A stretch of 64,000 bases of DNA from Lama guanicoe (GCA_013239625.1 MU054212.1:3162001-3226000), one strand, 5' to 3'; positions 39,277 to 53,240 are shown, counted from the first letter of the stretch. The notes: generated from the sequence alone by a model not told the origin. A program made the numbers and translations.

Positions 39277-39282
39277 AATAAA
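39277..39282 (+). terminator. Candidate polyadenylation signal for the 36041-39213 ORF
   Basis: AATAAA 64 nt after the stop, followed by T-rich sequence. Confidence 0.4.
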
Positions 39283-40329
39283 TACTAGCTTTATTCCTAA
39301 TGCTGCCTTTATTCTTCTCAATTAATTATTTTGTTTCTTGCTAACGTCTCTCGCATTCCTAGTGGATAATCCCAACGGATCATTTTAGGGTGGGGAGTGT
39401 TACGTTAAAAAACTTCACTGTTGTTCATAATTTTTAATGAGAATTTTGTTGGTGAGTTGCAAAGGTGAAACGCTTTATAAAAACTGTGTCTATGACAGCT
39501 ATTGTAAAAAAAAAATCAAAGACAAGCTATAATTGATAGGATACTTTCATTTTTTTTCTAAAGAAATCTCTAAGTCCTTGGAAAAGATCAGGCACGCAAA
39601 AGTGAGTCAAACCTTGAAAATTATGCTCTTGTTGTGCACTCTGAAGCAGAAATACACCTTTGTTTTTAAGTCGCAAGAATAGTAATCTAGTACTTTGGGG
39701 ATTTAAAACAATTCATTTCCCTGCTTTAAATTCTTTTGAAACAAGGCAGGAATATAAACATCGCACACAGTATTTCTTGATTTAACACCAAATCTTTGAT
39801 AAAATGCTGATTCTGGTTTAGAATGTCGCTCTCTCTCACGTAAATACATTCACACATCCACACATCCAGTTGTTTTTAACTATCTGGCCTTCCAATGAAT
39901 TAATCACAAATCTTCCTGTTACAGCATCATCTTCTCACCGGGCCCAGCAGTTTCCTGATTCCTTTGGCCATGTCGGAAAGGATCCTGTGTCAGTATCAAC
40001 TGAACTAGAGAAGCCCAGTTGGTCATTCTGAGGCCTATGAATTATTTTTAGCATTTTAGGGTTTCCCTGGCTAATGTTTGGTGATCACCAGCGATATAAA
40101 AATGAGACTTTAATTTTTCCTCTCTAAAAAAAGATTCACAGAAGCTGCTGCGGAAGTTTCAAAGACCCTAGAAATCTACCTAACCGACCAGTGTTCCAGT
40201 GGGCATTATGTCTCGGGCTAGCCTAAGGATTCATGCATTTTAATCTCAGGCATGATCAAGCAGATACACCTTCGTGGGGACAGGTCATAAGGATAGTGTG
40301 ACCTAAATATTGAGGGTTTTATTCTTTCT

Positions 40330-41570
40330 CTTATGAAATTCCAAAGGTAGCCTCATTCATTGTGGAAAAAATTTCCAATATTGAGAAAGTGCAAAGTGAA
40401 AACTTAAAATGTTTTCTCCCCTCCTCTCCCTGACACTGCCCCTTCTTCTGTACTATTCTGTAAGTTTGTTGCACATGCAAGAATTTTCACATTTGTCTTT
40501 TTGCTTTCAACAAATAGGGCTATGCTACAGGTGCTGTTTAGCTGCTACTTCTGTTTTTTTTCTTTTATTTAATAGTGTATTGTAAACATCTGTCGATTCA
40601 CGCAGACACATCCCATCACTTTTGATAACTGCACTGTATTCTACTGTCACTTTTTAGCAAATCGTTATTGTATGTGTTTAGAAATGTCTTTGTTACAAGC
40701 AATTTGTCAATGAACTTTCTTCTATCTTCACCTACTGACACAAGTATATTCTGTAGGTTAAATTCTTAGAACTAGAATTGCTTGGTTAAAGGGTATGCGA
40801 ATTAAACATTTTGGTTGTTATTGCCAGGTGACCACAAAAAAGATTATGCACATTTAGACTCCAAAACAACGTATGAGAGCGTGTCTTCTCCACATCTAGT
40901 CTTCAGCGTTTCCAAGTTCTGAAGTCACTGTCATCGCTCTCTCTTGGTTTTAATTGGCATTTAAAAAATTAGTGGTGAAGTTGACTTTTTAACTTAATGA
41001 TTGTAATCATTTATGATTACTTTTCTGTGAACTGTCGATTTTCCACACATCTACTTTTTATTTATAATAGTTCATTGCACATTAAAGAAATCAGATATTT
41101 GTGTGTTGAATTCTGAAGGACTTTTCGCTGACTTTCAACTTGGATCATGGAGAATATTTTTTGTGGGGACGTTTCTACTATTTGTGTCAATTTATTGAAT
41201 GCTATATTATGCTGTGTGCATTTCAAGCCTTTATTCGACAGGCTTTTCCAAATCCATGGCTATTTAAAAAAAATCAGCTATTTTTTTCAGTATTCTTAAG
41301 GTGTATTATTTTTTGATGATTCCTTATCTTAGATTTAAAATGCCGATATGCTTGAAATTAAGGAAAGACCTAAATATATTTTTCCTGCTAGATGGCTAGC
41401 CAGTTTTGACCAAACTACTGATTTTGAAGACTGCATCTCTCCTGAACTGATTTGAGATGCCACCTTTATTTACACAAAATATCCACATGAGTCTGGGTCT
41501 CCTTTCAGATCTGCTGCTGACTCCTTTGTCTATCCTTGTTTGAATTCACACAGTTTTATGTTTTAATGCT
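40330..41570 (-). mobile_element. Ancient L1 (L1ME-like) fragment
   Basis: taaattcttagaactagaattgcttggttaaagggtatg; acgtatgagagcgtgtcttctccaca; ttttaattggcatt; tgatttgagatgccacctttat. Confidence 0.7.
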
Positions 41571-42544
41571 TTACTATCTAGCCTTTCTTCTTTCTTTCTC
41601 CGTTTTTCCCCTGTTAATTCCTAAATAATATGAGCATGGAAGCCTCTACACAGGCTGAAGGTGACCTCTGGTTGTTAGTATGTATTTGGCAGCTGTGATC
41701 ACAGATAAAAATGCTTTTATTCCTCAGAATAGTTTTTGAAAGACGACTGGCCCAGGCTTTGAGAGTAAAGCAGTGGGAAAGAATGAAGGGGTCCCTGTTC
41801 TTACCAAGATGACATTATAGAGACTGGGAGGAAATAAACAATAAGAATACTGACAAATACGCAATGTAATACGTTTCCATGAAGTGGAATGAGGAAAGCA
41901 AATTAGGTGATGAGACAGTGGTTGCAGGGAGGGAGATATTTTAGATAGGCTATTTGAGGAAGGTTTGCGGAGTGACATCTGAGCATAGCTCCAAATTAGG
42001 TAAGCTTTAGTTTATCGTATCTCATCTCCTTCTAAATAGCTTGACCTTGATACTTCACTGTCTAAAATAGAATTTGTCATCTTTCCCTTAAAATCTGTTC
42101 CCCTTTGGTCTTCATCATTTTGGCCAGTGTTAAACCGTCCTGTCTCCAAGTCACCAGATTCTGAAACCTTCGGGTCCTTTTTGCTTTGCTTTTCTCCCCA
42201 AGCCTGTCTGTTGGGAGGACCAGAGCCTCTGCTCCGGAACGTCTTCACAGTCTGTGTTTGCCTTGCCATGGCCGATTCTGGGACCTGTGTTTCCAGGTTC
42301 CCACAGTGACATGATCACATCTGCCTCCAAAACCAGTCTCTCTGCCTCTCCCTTTCAGCCCCTATTCACCCTGATTAACCATCTAGATTGACCGTCCAGA
42401 GCTTTCCTGATAAAAAACCTTTGAGCTGCTGGTGGAAAGGATTTCTGCCTACATAATAAAACAATAGATGTCTTCACTTCGGACTCAAGATCCTGAAAAA
42501 TCTGAAGCCTGCACAATTCTCAAGCCTTCTTTTCAAAGCAATAG

Positions 42545-42760
42545 CACTCACTCTCTGCCAGGGACTATTCTAAACACTGTACATATGGACTCATTTAATC
42601 CTCACAATGACCCGCTGAGGTAAGGGCTGTTACCATTGTCGCTTTACAAATGAGAAAGTCGAGGCACAGAGAAGTTAACTGACTTGCCAGAGTCACAGAG
42701 CCAGCCCATCGACAGCCAGGATTTCAGTTGAAGATGTGAAGCTGCACGGTCTGGCCTCTA
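42545..42760 (-). mobile_element. MIR SINE
   Basis: ctcatttaatcctcacaatgaccc...tttacaaatgagaaagtcgaggcacagagaagttaactgacttgccagagtcacag. Confidence 0.88.
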
Positions 42761-43769
42761 ACCACGGTGGTGTATGCCACCTTCTAATCTTTCCAAAGCG
42801 GTCCCTGCCTGTGTGTGACTGACAGCGTTCCTCCAGGCAGGCACAGTCTCTCCCTGGTTCTCCTTCTGCTTGTCCAAGTCCTCCAGGCCCAGCTCAGGTA
42901 GCCTCTCCCCTTCTCTAACCAGCCTCAGCCTCACTGGTTGCCCCACCTCTGAATTCTCAGGGTAATTTTAATCAGGATAACTCTAGGCTGTATCCGCTAT
43001 TACCACACTGGGGCGCACATGACTGCATATGTGTTCTGCTCCTGCAGCTCAGACTGCAAACCACACGGGCAGATACAGTGGCTCATTCCTCTGGAGACCC
43101 AAGGAAGACCCAGCTCATGCAGCAGGTACTTCATGTCGATGGTTGCTTGGGTCGGTCAGAGGACACTTTCTGGAATAAAGCCTGTTTCCAGATAGTACTG
43201 ATAACTTTCGCGTATTTAAATTTAAAACATGCCATATAAAAACCTGAGGGAAGACAGAGAAGTTCACTCAACAAACAGCACACGGCCTGAGCATACGCGG
43301 AGCACCAGGCTTCATTCTAGTCCCTGTACAGCATCCCAGAACAAGTGAAGCTCAGTCCGATTTGGCCAGGCGACGCTGCAGTCACAAAGGTCACATGATC
43401 ACAGTGGTTTGAAAAGAAAGGCTTTCTCTTGATCACACTATATGTGCTTTGATGGCTCCCGGGGGCAGTTTGCTGCACTCACTCACCAGGGACCGAGCCT
43501 GACGGAGCAGCCTCCCCCCTGACAGGTGCGGGATGCCAGGTCCAAGGGAGGAGGGGATATGGCAAGGTGGGCTACCAGAAAAGCCAGACGTGGCACACAT
43601 CCTTTCTGCTCCCCTTTTAGCAGCCAAAATGGCACAGAGCCTCACCTAAACTCAAGCAGTCAGGAAGGCAGTGACGCCTGCACTAGGCCTGGAAGGAGCC
43701 AGAGCTGCATGTCAGCGGGTGTTTCTCATGACTCTGGGGCTTCTTGGGGGCTCGAGAGGGGCAAGCCGA

Positions 43770-44880
43770 CAACGAGTTACAGGTAAGCAAACCACAGATC
43801 GTGTCAGACAATGCTCAGCGTTAGGGAGAAAGAGAAAGGAGAGCAGGGCCAGGCCAGGGGCTGGACTGTCAGGGCTGCGCTGGCCACGGCTGCAGGGCTT
43901 CAGTGTCAGCTGAGGTGTCCCTTCCGCAATGGCACTGAACAAGGAGCTGAAGGAGGTGAAGGAGTTAGTTGAGGGCGTGTGGGAGGGGGGTTCTAGGCAG
44001 AGGGACCAGCGGGAGCCCCAGAGTCAGAGCATCTCCAGGTGTCTGAGGAACAGAAAAGAAGCCAGCGTGGCCGGAGCAGATGGGGCCAGGCCAGCCGCAC
44101 GAGGTGGCACCACTGCAACTGCCCGGCTTTTGCGCTGAATGACCCAGGGAGCCCTGGCCGGGTTTGGAGCAGAGTACGACAGGACTTCACGTCACCTTAA
44201 GGAGGGTCTGGGTTAAGGACGACCTGGTGAAGGGTGTGAGGGCGGCCGCGGCCAGCCAGGTGAGAGCAGAGGGTGGTGCTCACACGGGCTGACGGCACCT
44301 TCTCTCGCCAGGGGCTCTGATTGCAGATTTCCTTTCAGGGCTATGCGCTTTAAAATGCCGTTTCCGTTTCAAAGGTGGCACGGGACTGAGAACGAAATCT
44401 GGTCTCTTCCCATGGCCCTCACAATGGCCTTGGCCCTCCTCCCGCTTCATCTTTTGACACCTGCTCCTTGTCCACGAACTCCAGCCACACGGGCCTCCTT
44501 GTGGCCACTTGTTACCCAGGTTCTTCCCAGCCTCGCTGGACGTTCCCTTCACCCAGAACTCTGTCTCCTTTTTCACGTCTCAGCTCAAACGTCTCACGTT
44601 AGGGAGGCCTTCCCTGGGCTGGGAGCTTTAAGGAGACCTCTGCTCATTTTTCTTGGTCCCCTCATCCCTCTGTTTCCTTCACAGCTCTCGTTACAATCTG
44701 CAGTTTCCAGCGTTTGTTTAATTCCTTGTTGCTGGCCCCTGCAATGCGAGCTCCGTGACCGCACAGCCGGGACCGTGGGTCTGCCTGGCTCTAAGAGGAA
44801 TTCCCAGTGTCTGCAACAGTCCCTGGCAGAGCGGGGCAGCCATGTTCACAAATGTGTTCACGGACAAACGAATGAATGAA
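43770..44880. mobile_element. Two LINE-2 fragments in opposite orientation (about 43770-44250 -, about 44390-44880 +)
   Basis: The right fragment ends in the L2 tail tgtt...gaatgaatgaa with tcagctcaaacgtc...gggaggccttccctg; the left fragment has reverse L2 text (gtctgaggaacagaaaagaagccagcgtggccggagc). Confidence 0.6.
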
Positions 44881-46844
44881 GAGTCTCAAAGGCCAAGCTG
44901 AGTCAATGAGGCAAGGACGCAGGTCAACAGATAAGTGGTCCCGGGGGAACTTAAAAGAGATTTTTTTTTCAAGTAACTCATAAAAACTTGAGGCGGTAAC
45001 GCTTTAGAATTGTTTTTTGAACCCCAGACTGGATACGCTGGCCCTGAGCATGCTGGCCACTTAACATATTCCATTTTAATGATCTGTTTTTGTGTCTGTT
45101 TCCTCCACCAGGGGCTATGTCCTATTCCTTCTTTTATCCCTGGTGCCTAAGTGCTCGACAAATACTTTTTGTACCAAACTACACTGACTACTCGTGTCTT
45201 CTAACTCTCTCATGCTGAGCTCTCTAATTAGATCCTTATTAAAAAACAAAATCTTATCATGAATCTCGTAGGGCACTTTGTGGGGGGAAAAAAAAACTTT
45301 GCATGCATGCCATGATCTCTGGGATACATCGAGATGTTTCTAATCAAGCCACCATCTGGGCCACATGTTTTACTCACTCTGTTTTGTTGTATTCCATCAA
45401 CTCATGACATTACAGAATCTGAAGTATAGGGTCTGAACTATGATCTGTGACCTGGATCTCCCTGAGAGGTCTATCTTGTTTTTGAAGTTTCAAAACCAAT
45501 GTGTTTTGAAATGAAAGAAGATAAGGGACTCATAAAATGAAAGTCGGGGCTCAGGAGCAGGGAGCGGACCCTGGTAGGCATTAGCAGACTCGGCAGATTT
45601 CTTCAACCAGTGGGGGATGGTTAGGAACCGACACAGAGGCAGAGGCCACACGCTCCGCTGAGGGCCACTGAGCAGGAGAGCGAACGTTCAGATGAGAGAG
45701 GCCTGATGAAGGTGCGGAAAGAAGAGGAGACCAAGGTGTGAAGTATGTTTTCTGATTTTTCAAACTGCTGTTGACTTGGTTTCCTCTGAAAACCTGTTAA
45801 CGATTTTAGTATTGGGCTGAATTTTTGTTCTGGCTTAAGAATTAATTTCCTTATGCTTGTATGGTGCCCGGCAGCTTTGAGACACTTCTGCAATCCTCCA
45901 TCTCGTCTGATCCTCCCAACAACCCAGCAGCAGGCAGAGTGCAGATGACTATTTTCATCTTTACAAACGAGGCGCAAGAGGCTCTGAGCTTCGGGCAACT
46001 TGCTCCAGGCCGCAGACTGTAACGGGGCAGAGGTGCCAACACGGGACCTTCTGTGTCCCTTCAGCCTTGCTTTTCTGTTTAAACCTAGGGCTTTATTAGC
46101 TCAGGGTCTCCTGAGCAAAGATTTCAGGTGTAATGATGGAGTCAGGGTGGGCTTCCAGGAGAGGCGAGTCAGGGAAGGGAGCTAAACAAGGCTGATTCCA
46201 GGAGGGCCAGACGCAGGCTGATTTTTGAGGGAGCTGCACCGTAGAGCATAAAGCACATCTCAGAATTTATCTCACCTCGAGGCAAAGGAGTTGGCCGTTT
46301 GTGTTCCCACACGGGTCTACTCTGGCCATCAGCAGCAGGCACCCACACCACCTCAGGGAGCACCCAGTACCTGGGAGCAATCCCCTGAAGGGGGCCTGCT
46401 AGCAGTCAAGCGTCCTAAAGGGGCTCCAATAATGTCCCCCGAAACTATGCTGATCAGGAGGATTAAATAACCTACTAAAAGTGGGATAACCGGGAGCAAC
46501 TCAGAATTTAAAAAATGCTATACATACAGACGAAGTCATTGCCTTCCGAGGCGTTCTCAAGGCAGGCAGGACCTCTGGGCATGTTCTTTGCAATCAGAAT
46601 CAGAGCTGCAGTCATCTCTCTCCCCGAGGAGTCTGGTGCAAAGAAACTCATTCAGAAAAAGGGGGTGTTGGTCAAGGCTGGATGTTGTTTCATTGAATTT
46701 ACAGAAATTAATTTTATCAACTCATATCCTGTCCAGACAAAAGGTCAGGCACAGAGAACAAGTGATTTAGCTCCAGGTCATTAACTGGTAGATGGCAGGG
46801 AAGCCAGGTCTCCTGACACCTCGTCCAGAGTCTTTTCTAGGTGA

Positions 46845-47520
46845 CTGCACGCCAGCCAATCAGAAGCGACTTTGCTTTCCAGCTGGGCAGGGCTGAGGTG
46901 AGGACCCAGGAGGGCGGGGCGGGGTGGGGAGGGTTCCCTCCCTGGACTCCCGCAGTCAGGAGTCCTAGAGCCTGTCCAGACCCAGAGAGGAGACTGACTC
47001 TCCCCCATGTGCTTTAAATCCTCTACCACAGACAGCCTCTTGTCGGACAGGAGGAGAAGCACCTTTGTGACTCATTGGCAGAGGCTGCGTGGCGTGGCAG
47101 TCACAGGCACAGAATCCACGTAGCGCTCGGATGAGAAGCCACCAGGGCTGGTGAGGAGACGGAATGTAGGCAGGAGAAGTGGGCGTTGATTCCGAGCTTA
47201 GAAGAGGGGAAAAAAAAATCCATCTCCTTGCATTGGTTGCCACTCAGCCCTATGAAGTGTTACTGCGTAGCTTGACTGGGTTCAAAGCTTTATTCCATGC
47301 ATCCTTCCCTCCTTAGAAGGGATGGTCTTATTTGAAGAGAAGAATCTGAGGGAGATGAGAAATCTGGGGAGCCCTGTGCCTCGGAGCGTGTTCTCCAGGT
47401 CCTTTCAATCAATATGTGCGGGGCTGGCCGGGACCGCGAGCATCCCATGCGACGTCACAGAACCATCTTGGAGAAGTCCAACACGCACGCCCTGAAAATG
47501 GGCGTCTCTAAAGAAAATGC
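46845..47520. promoter_or_regulatory. Promoter/enhancer-like CpG-enriched segment
   Basis: NF-Y-type agCCAATcag (about 46854), tandem GC boxes gggcggggcgggg (about 46911), reverse CCAAT (ATTGG, about 47232) and CRE-like cgACGTCAc (about 47450). Confidence 0.45.
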
Positions 47521-47790
47521 TACTTGCTAATATATAAAGCCATTTAATTTGTACCGAAGTTAAAAAAAAATAAGTTTAACCAAAACTCAGGTGGAAGTTG
47601 TCTAAATGCTCGGGTTAGAGAGAAGATTGGGTCAGATACTACAGCAGGTCCTAAAGCAATAGCCTGCTGCAGGGAGTACAAATCTATCTGCATTTGGTCT
47701 AAGTGTAGAGTGACCTTTCATTACCAAGCCTTGAGCTTAAAGTCAGCTGCAGTTATTGGAAATCATTTCCAAAGTCATTTGTTAAAAAAA

Positions 47791-47845
47791 CGGGAGGAGG
47801 AGGGGGAGGGGGAGGAGGAGGAGGAAGAGGAGAAGAAGAAGAAGT
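47791..47845. repeat. Polypurine (GGA/GAA) low-complexity tract
   Basis: gggaggaggagggggagggggaggaggaggaggaagaggagaagaagaagaag. Confidence 0.9.
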
Positions 47846-48999
47846 AATACAGATTTAAAGACGCCTCCATATATGCAGAAAGCCAGGCCTGCAGTGCTGG
47901 TCAGAAGTAATATAGGAGAAAATCACTGTTGCAGTGATGAGTTTGGAAAACCATCTAAAAGGTCTAGGGCCACAAGGACTGCAATTTAATTTTCTTTCCT
48001 TATCCATCAGTAGAATTATTCCTATGTGTATTGCTAAGCTATTTACCAACACCTTATGTATAGCAGGAAAAGGATATGCAGTGTTATTTAGGAGGGAGTT
48101 ACTGAGAACCATTCGCTTTCATTAGATCAGGGATAATATTACACTGAAACCAAGCAGAGAACATTCCAACGAGCAGAAGTCTCACCTCATTCGAAATGGT
48201 GGCATTTATATGCAGGGTGTCCAACATGTCATTAGAGATTTTTCAAAGGGCATATATAGCTGAAGTCACTAGGGCATGATTACATGTGCTACCTTAATAA
48301 GTTGAAAAAAAAATCTTCACTCGCTCAGCAGGAACTCAGAAATACTCCCCTGTTCACCACTGAATGCTAAATGAGCCCCCTTTTCAGACGCAGGCAGAAA
48401 AAGAGGAGGTATCCGTGTGTGTTAGAAATAAGACATACTTTGATGATTCTCAAAGACATTCTTTCTCCCATGCTTTTTTTCCCCAATGATAAATAATGCT
48501 TAATGTGGAATATCGATTTATTTTTCTCAGAGTTACAACAGAAACTAATGATAAATTATTCTGCTTTATTTAATTAGGAATCTCTTTGTCTCCAAATTTC
48601 CTTTTCACCCTTTCTAATCAATCCCTCTTCCCTCCCCCTTTTCCTGATTTTTTTTTGTGTGTGTGTGTGTTAATATAATTTTTTTCTTTTTGATTTCTTA
48701 GACTTCAGAATAGATTCCTTAAGGACAATAACAATATCTATTTAGATGATTTATTAAGGATTTTTGCTGTTTATTAAGGATTTATTACAGATTATGTCTT
48801 TTAAGAATTAAATCAGAGTAATAATCCTTCTGTTCTTTGCCCCAACAAAAATGTAAGGAACATCTATCGTGTGCTAGAACTTTCCTAGACACCAGCACCC
48901 ACATAAATTAAAAATAAATCACCTTGTTTGTCCTCAATGATGTTGGTCTGCTTTTGTTAGTTGAAGAGAAGGCTGCTACCATTTGGAATTTGTGATGCG

Positions 49000-49225
49000 G
49001 AGGAACCAACCCTATGTTCAGAAAGAAATCTGGGTCCCAGTGTTGCTTCCAACACTTTCCAGCCTTCTAACCGGAGGCAAGAAACTTTATCTAAGCCTTA
49101 CTTTCTTCAACTGTGAAGTGAGAAAAATAATAGCGGGCCTGCCTACCTCACAGGGCTGCGGAGAAAATAGAAAGAAAAAACTTTATGAAAATGCCTCATA
49201 AATTTTAACGTGTTATGCAAACAGA
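49000..49225 (+). mobile_element. MIR SINE
   Basis: aatctgggtcccag...ctttcttcaactgtgaagtgagaaaaataatag...cctacctcacagggctg. Confidence 0.7.
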
Positions 49226-52200
49226 AGGCACTAATGCGTTTAGTAAATGGCAGATTCGGTTGGTGCCTGGCCCAGTGCTAAGCCAGGTGGGTTCTCTGCA
49301 AAGAGCTGAGTCCAAGAGAGGGTCATGACCTCAGCAGACAGTAAGGATTTTCTAAGTGGCTTATGTAAACTCCCCCTGTATCTATGCGTGTATGTACTTT
49401 TTTGTTTTGTTTTTTAGGAAAGGACCAGTATGCCAGGCAACAGAAGGATGGACCCTTTATCCTTGAGGATGTTATCCTGAGCTATTGTGTTCTGGACACG
49501 TGCCCCTCTTGTTTTGTTGTGAGTCTGACGGTGAAAGTTCTATCAAATGTGAACACTTTGTGCCTTTCATCCTCCTGATGACAACCTCTTGCGTCTTTTC
49601 CTTTCATTATAAAAGCAGTATGTTCATAAGGGAATACTTGAAATAGACCAAAAGGGAGACATGAGAAAAATGCTGCCCGCAGTACCACTGTCCTCAGACA
49701 ACCACGTCTAACACCTCACTTCTTCACTGTCTCCCTCTCTCTTTTTCCCCACTCATATATATATACATATATATATATATTTTTTCTTTGGTTGGTTGAC
49801 TTTATAGAGTTGTGGTCAAACTGCACATCCAATGTTACTGTCTGCTTTTATTTCCCACATAACATCATAAAATAAGCCATGTTCTATGTTTCCATTTCCT
49901 TTCTCCCCTCTTGTCATTCAAAACCCAAGTCCTACACCATCTCCTTCTGGCAGCTTACCATGTCCTGCTAGTCTGACTTACGCGGGTCTCAGTTACATCC
50001 CAGTAGCATGCTCAGGCCACCTCTGGAGACCATCTCCTTCCTGTAAGTGAACTGGGTCATCTTTATTCCCCATTTTGCCACGAGCTCCTTCAAGTGGGAA
50101 CCACATCTCTCTGACTTTGTGTTCACAGAGCCTAGATCAGTGCCTGGCACAGGCTGCTCCATCAGTATTTGTAGAATGAACTACCGAATGTTGTAATAAA
50201 TTCTTAGCAAAAACCATGCATGTCTGCTCTTCAGTCCTTTGAGTGGATAAACTATAATTTCCTTTAAAATCCCTCTATTGCTGGTTTTAATATTGTTACT
50301 ACAAATAACTATGAAACTGACATTCTTAAATACACTATTTTTCCTACTTCAGAATTTTTTTTAAAGATTCAAAGAAGGGAAATTCTAGGTCTAAACATTT
50401 TTTGACTCTTGAAACGTATTGCCCAATTACTTTTTAAAGAGGTTGCCTCCAGCTTCACTAGCTCCAGCCTACATCCTAGCATTCATTAAGACTCCATTAA
50501 GACAACACAGATGTTTCTTCCTCCAGGAAGCCTTCTCTGCTCCTCTACCACTTTGTCAAGCTTAGGTATGCCTCTCCTGTACTTATAACCCTCCAGATCT
50601 ACGATGCTGTATTACCATTATGTATTTATTCCTCTTTCTTCCAGACAAGATTATAAGCTCTTTTAGGGCAAGAGGCAAGTCTTACTTGTTTTTATAATCC
50701 TCAGTGTCTAGAAGAATAACTCATTCTCGATACATTCTTACTGACTGCAAGTAGCTAGTATTTAATCCAACTATATAACAAAACTGATCTACAAATAAAG
50801 ATAATAATGGTGATGGTTACTATATAACTGAACATAAGGTGGAGGCCAGAGAGATATAGAGTTAGTGGAATTTCTTACTCTGGAAATCTTGATAGAATTA
50901 ACGTTCAGTACATACTGTACTGTCCAGTTATTCAACAGTTCACACACTGGAGTCAGGATGTTTCACCATAATGAATTTTCCCTTCTCCTTCCACCTGCCT
51001 TTACTCTGTTTTCTACATCAGGCTTCCTTCCTCTGACAGTCCTAGGGTATAGCAGCCTGCAGACTGAAGGAATGGGAGTGTGACCTAAGGCAAGCAGCTC
51101 TATCAGTTCCAGATCTGTTAAAAAAAGAAAGTCCACACTTTTCTTGGGAAGAAAAAGAAAAGATCTTATAATTATAATGGTTAATGATGAATATTTTACC
51201 AAGGGCAGAAAATGAGCAAATTGGTATGAAAGAACCTGTAGAATTATCTCGTAGCAACTCACTGGCCAAAAACGAAGGCTGAATATTCTATGTCTTACGT
51301 CCCAGGGCAGAAAGGATACGTCAAATGAAGGGATCCTTAAAGGATACAGGGAGTGCTTGTCACTTTTTTGGTCTTTTTTCAAAATGCTTATCAATCGTCA
51401 TCTATATAAAAATGACCCTTAAATATGTAAGGAGAATTCTGGGATGTTGAGGGAAATAGATCAAGGCCAGGAAGCCCCCCTTTCCCTCCAGTTTTACACA
51501 TAATCTCACAGCAGAGCTGGATTAACTAGTGCATCTTTATCCCAGTTTCCCAAATGAAGAAGTGGATTGGGAATTTAGAATTGGTTGCAGATTGAATTTT
51601 CTATGTTCAATAAAAGCCTTTGGTTTGGAAAAAAAATTTTAAAGTATTGGTGAGAGGAAGCTAAATGGTCCTTTTTCCAGGACTAAAAACATACATATGC
51701 ACAACCGAGCCAAGTCCTTCACGCCTAAATGCCGATTTCTAAATTTGGGACGCACGCGGAAACGACGTACATTCTTCCCTGCGAGGGACCCATCCTCACT
51801 CCATTCACAAAATAGAGCTGCTCACGTCTGGCATCAATCAGCATGTGAATTCCTGACGTACTGAGCTGTAGCCAAGTATTTGCTAACTGGCATGTTTGCA
51901 GCAGAGCGACATCAATCATTCAAGTGTTACTCATTTCCATTGTAATGAGCACTTGAGGACGAACAGTCAGTTCATTGTTCAGGAATACATGTGCGATCCT
52001 GCTGCCGATCAACCATAAACACGAACTCATGTTCAGACTCTGGCGCTTGCCTCTGGCGCGTGGACTTGGGAGGTACAATTTCTGTGGGTAATTACCGCAC
52101 AGCGGATGTGCGTAGTGCTTTGTAGTGAACAAAGGCTTCCATCACAGAACCTCGCAGGTCCAGCAGAAGCAGAGGCCTGACAATTTAATTATTACTATTA

Positions 52201-53240
52201 CATTTAAAGCTAACTCTAATAATTTCTGACAAGCCCCTTATCTTTGTCAGATAATTCAGTGGGCTGAGCCAAGTTACTAAATATCTGTTGAAGCCAGTCC
52301 CTTCCCTCCTCCAGCCTGTCACAGCCCTAATTCAACTTCTCATCAACTCTCTCTTGATCAGTTTCCACACTGCTTTGAACTGGTCCTGGTCCTCCAGTCT
52401 CCATCCTCCCCTTCCCACTCCCCAATCAATCCTGCTCACAGCAGTCAGAGTGACCTTTAGAAAAACAAATCTATTATGTTATTCTCCCTCCTTAACATCA
52501 TTCAACGGCTTACAGCTGCCTTCAAGATAAAGTACCAACTCCTACACAGAGTAAACAAGACCCACAAGGCTTTGCATGGTCTGGCCTCTGCCCGGGGGCT
52601 AGATTCAGAGCCTCTAAACATTGCAAAGATTATGGCGCCCCATTTCCTGGTCTCCTCATCCAGACGTAATTAAGAAAAAGAGAGGAAGAAGCCAAAGCAC
52701 ACAAAACACATTTGGATGCTGTAGTTAAAACTGTTTCTTAAAACAGTTTATAAAATGTTGGATACATTTATCAAAGGGAAACATCTTTCACTTTTTTGCC
52801 CCTCTCCTGCTTTACTGGTGTTCCTAAAATTCTGCATACTTAGCCAGGTGAATGATTATGGTTTCTCTCCAGCAAAAAAACATTCAAGCAAACAAAACAG
52901 TAGCAACAAGAAAAGTCCACCTAAGCCACTAAGTAACTCGTTCGTTCATTCATTCATTCACTTACAGTGAATTCATTCTATGCCAGGCACAGTACCAGCC
53001 CCTGCTCAGGCTTGGGGATGGATAATGAATGGGGTGCTGTCACTGGCCTCAAGGAGCTCACAGTTTGGAAGGGAGCGGGGGGAAGGGACTGCAGAATCCT
53101 TGAGATTTTCCAGTCCCTTCTGGAACACCTCTTGTGGCAGGTGCCTCAGTGCTCCTTGCCTCCTGGAAGTCTCTGTTCATAGCACTTTGATTTAGGATTC
53201 CTTGTCCACAAGACAGCCCTTCAAATATGTATCGATCTAC

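Noticed and set aside
51725..52132. Two back-to-back in-frame minus ORFs separated by one TGA (possible readthrough or selenocysteine)
   Set aside because: No recognisable protein, SECIS or splice support; compatible with chance.
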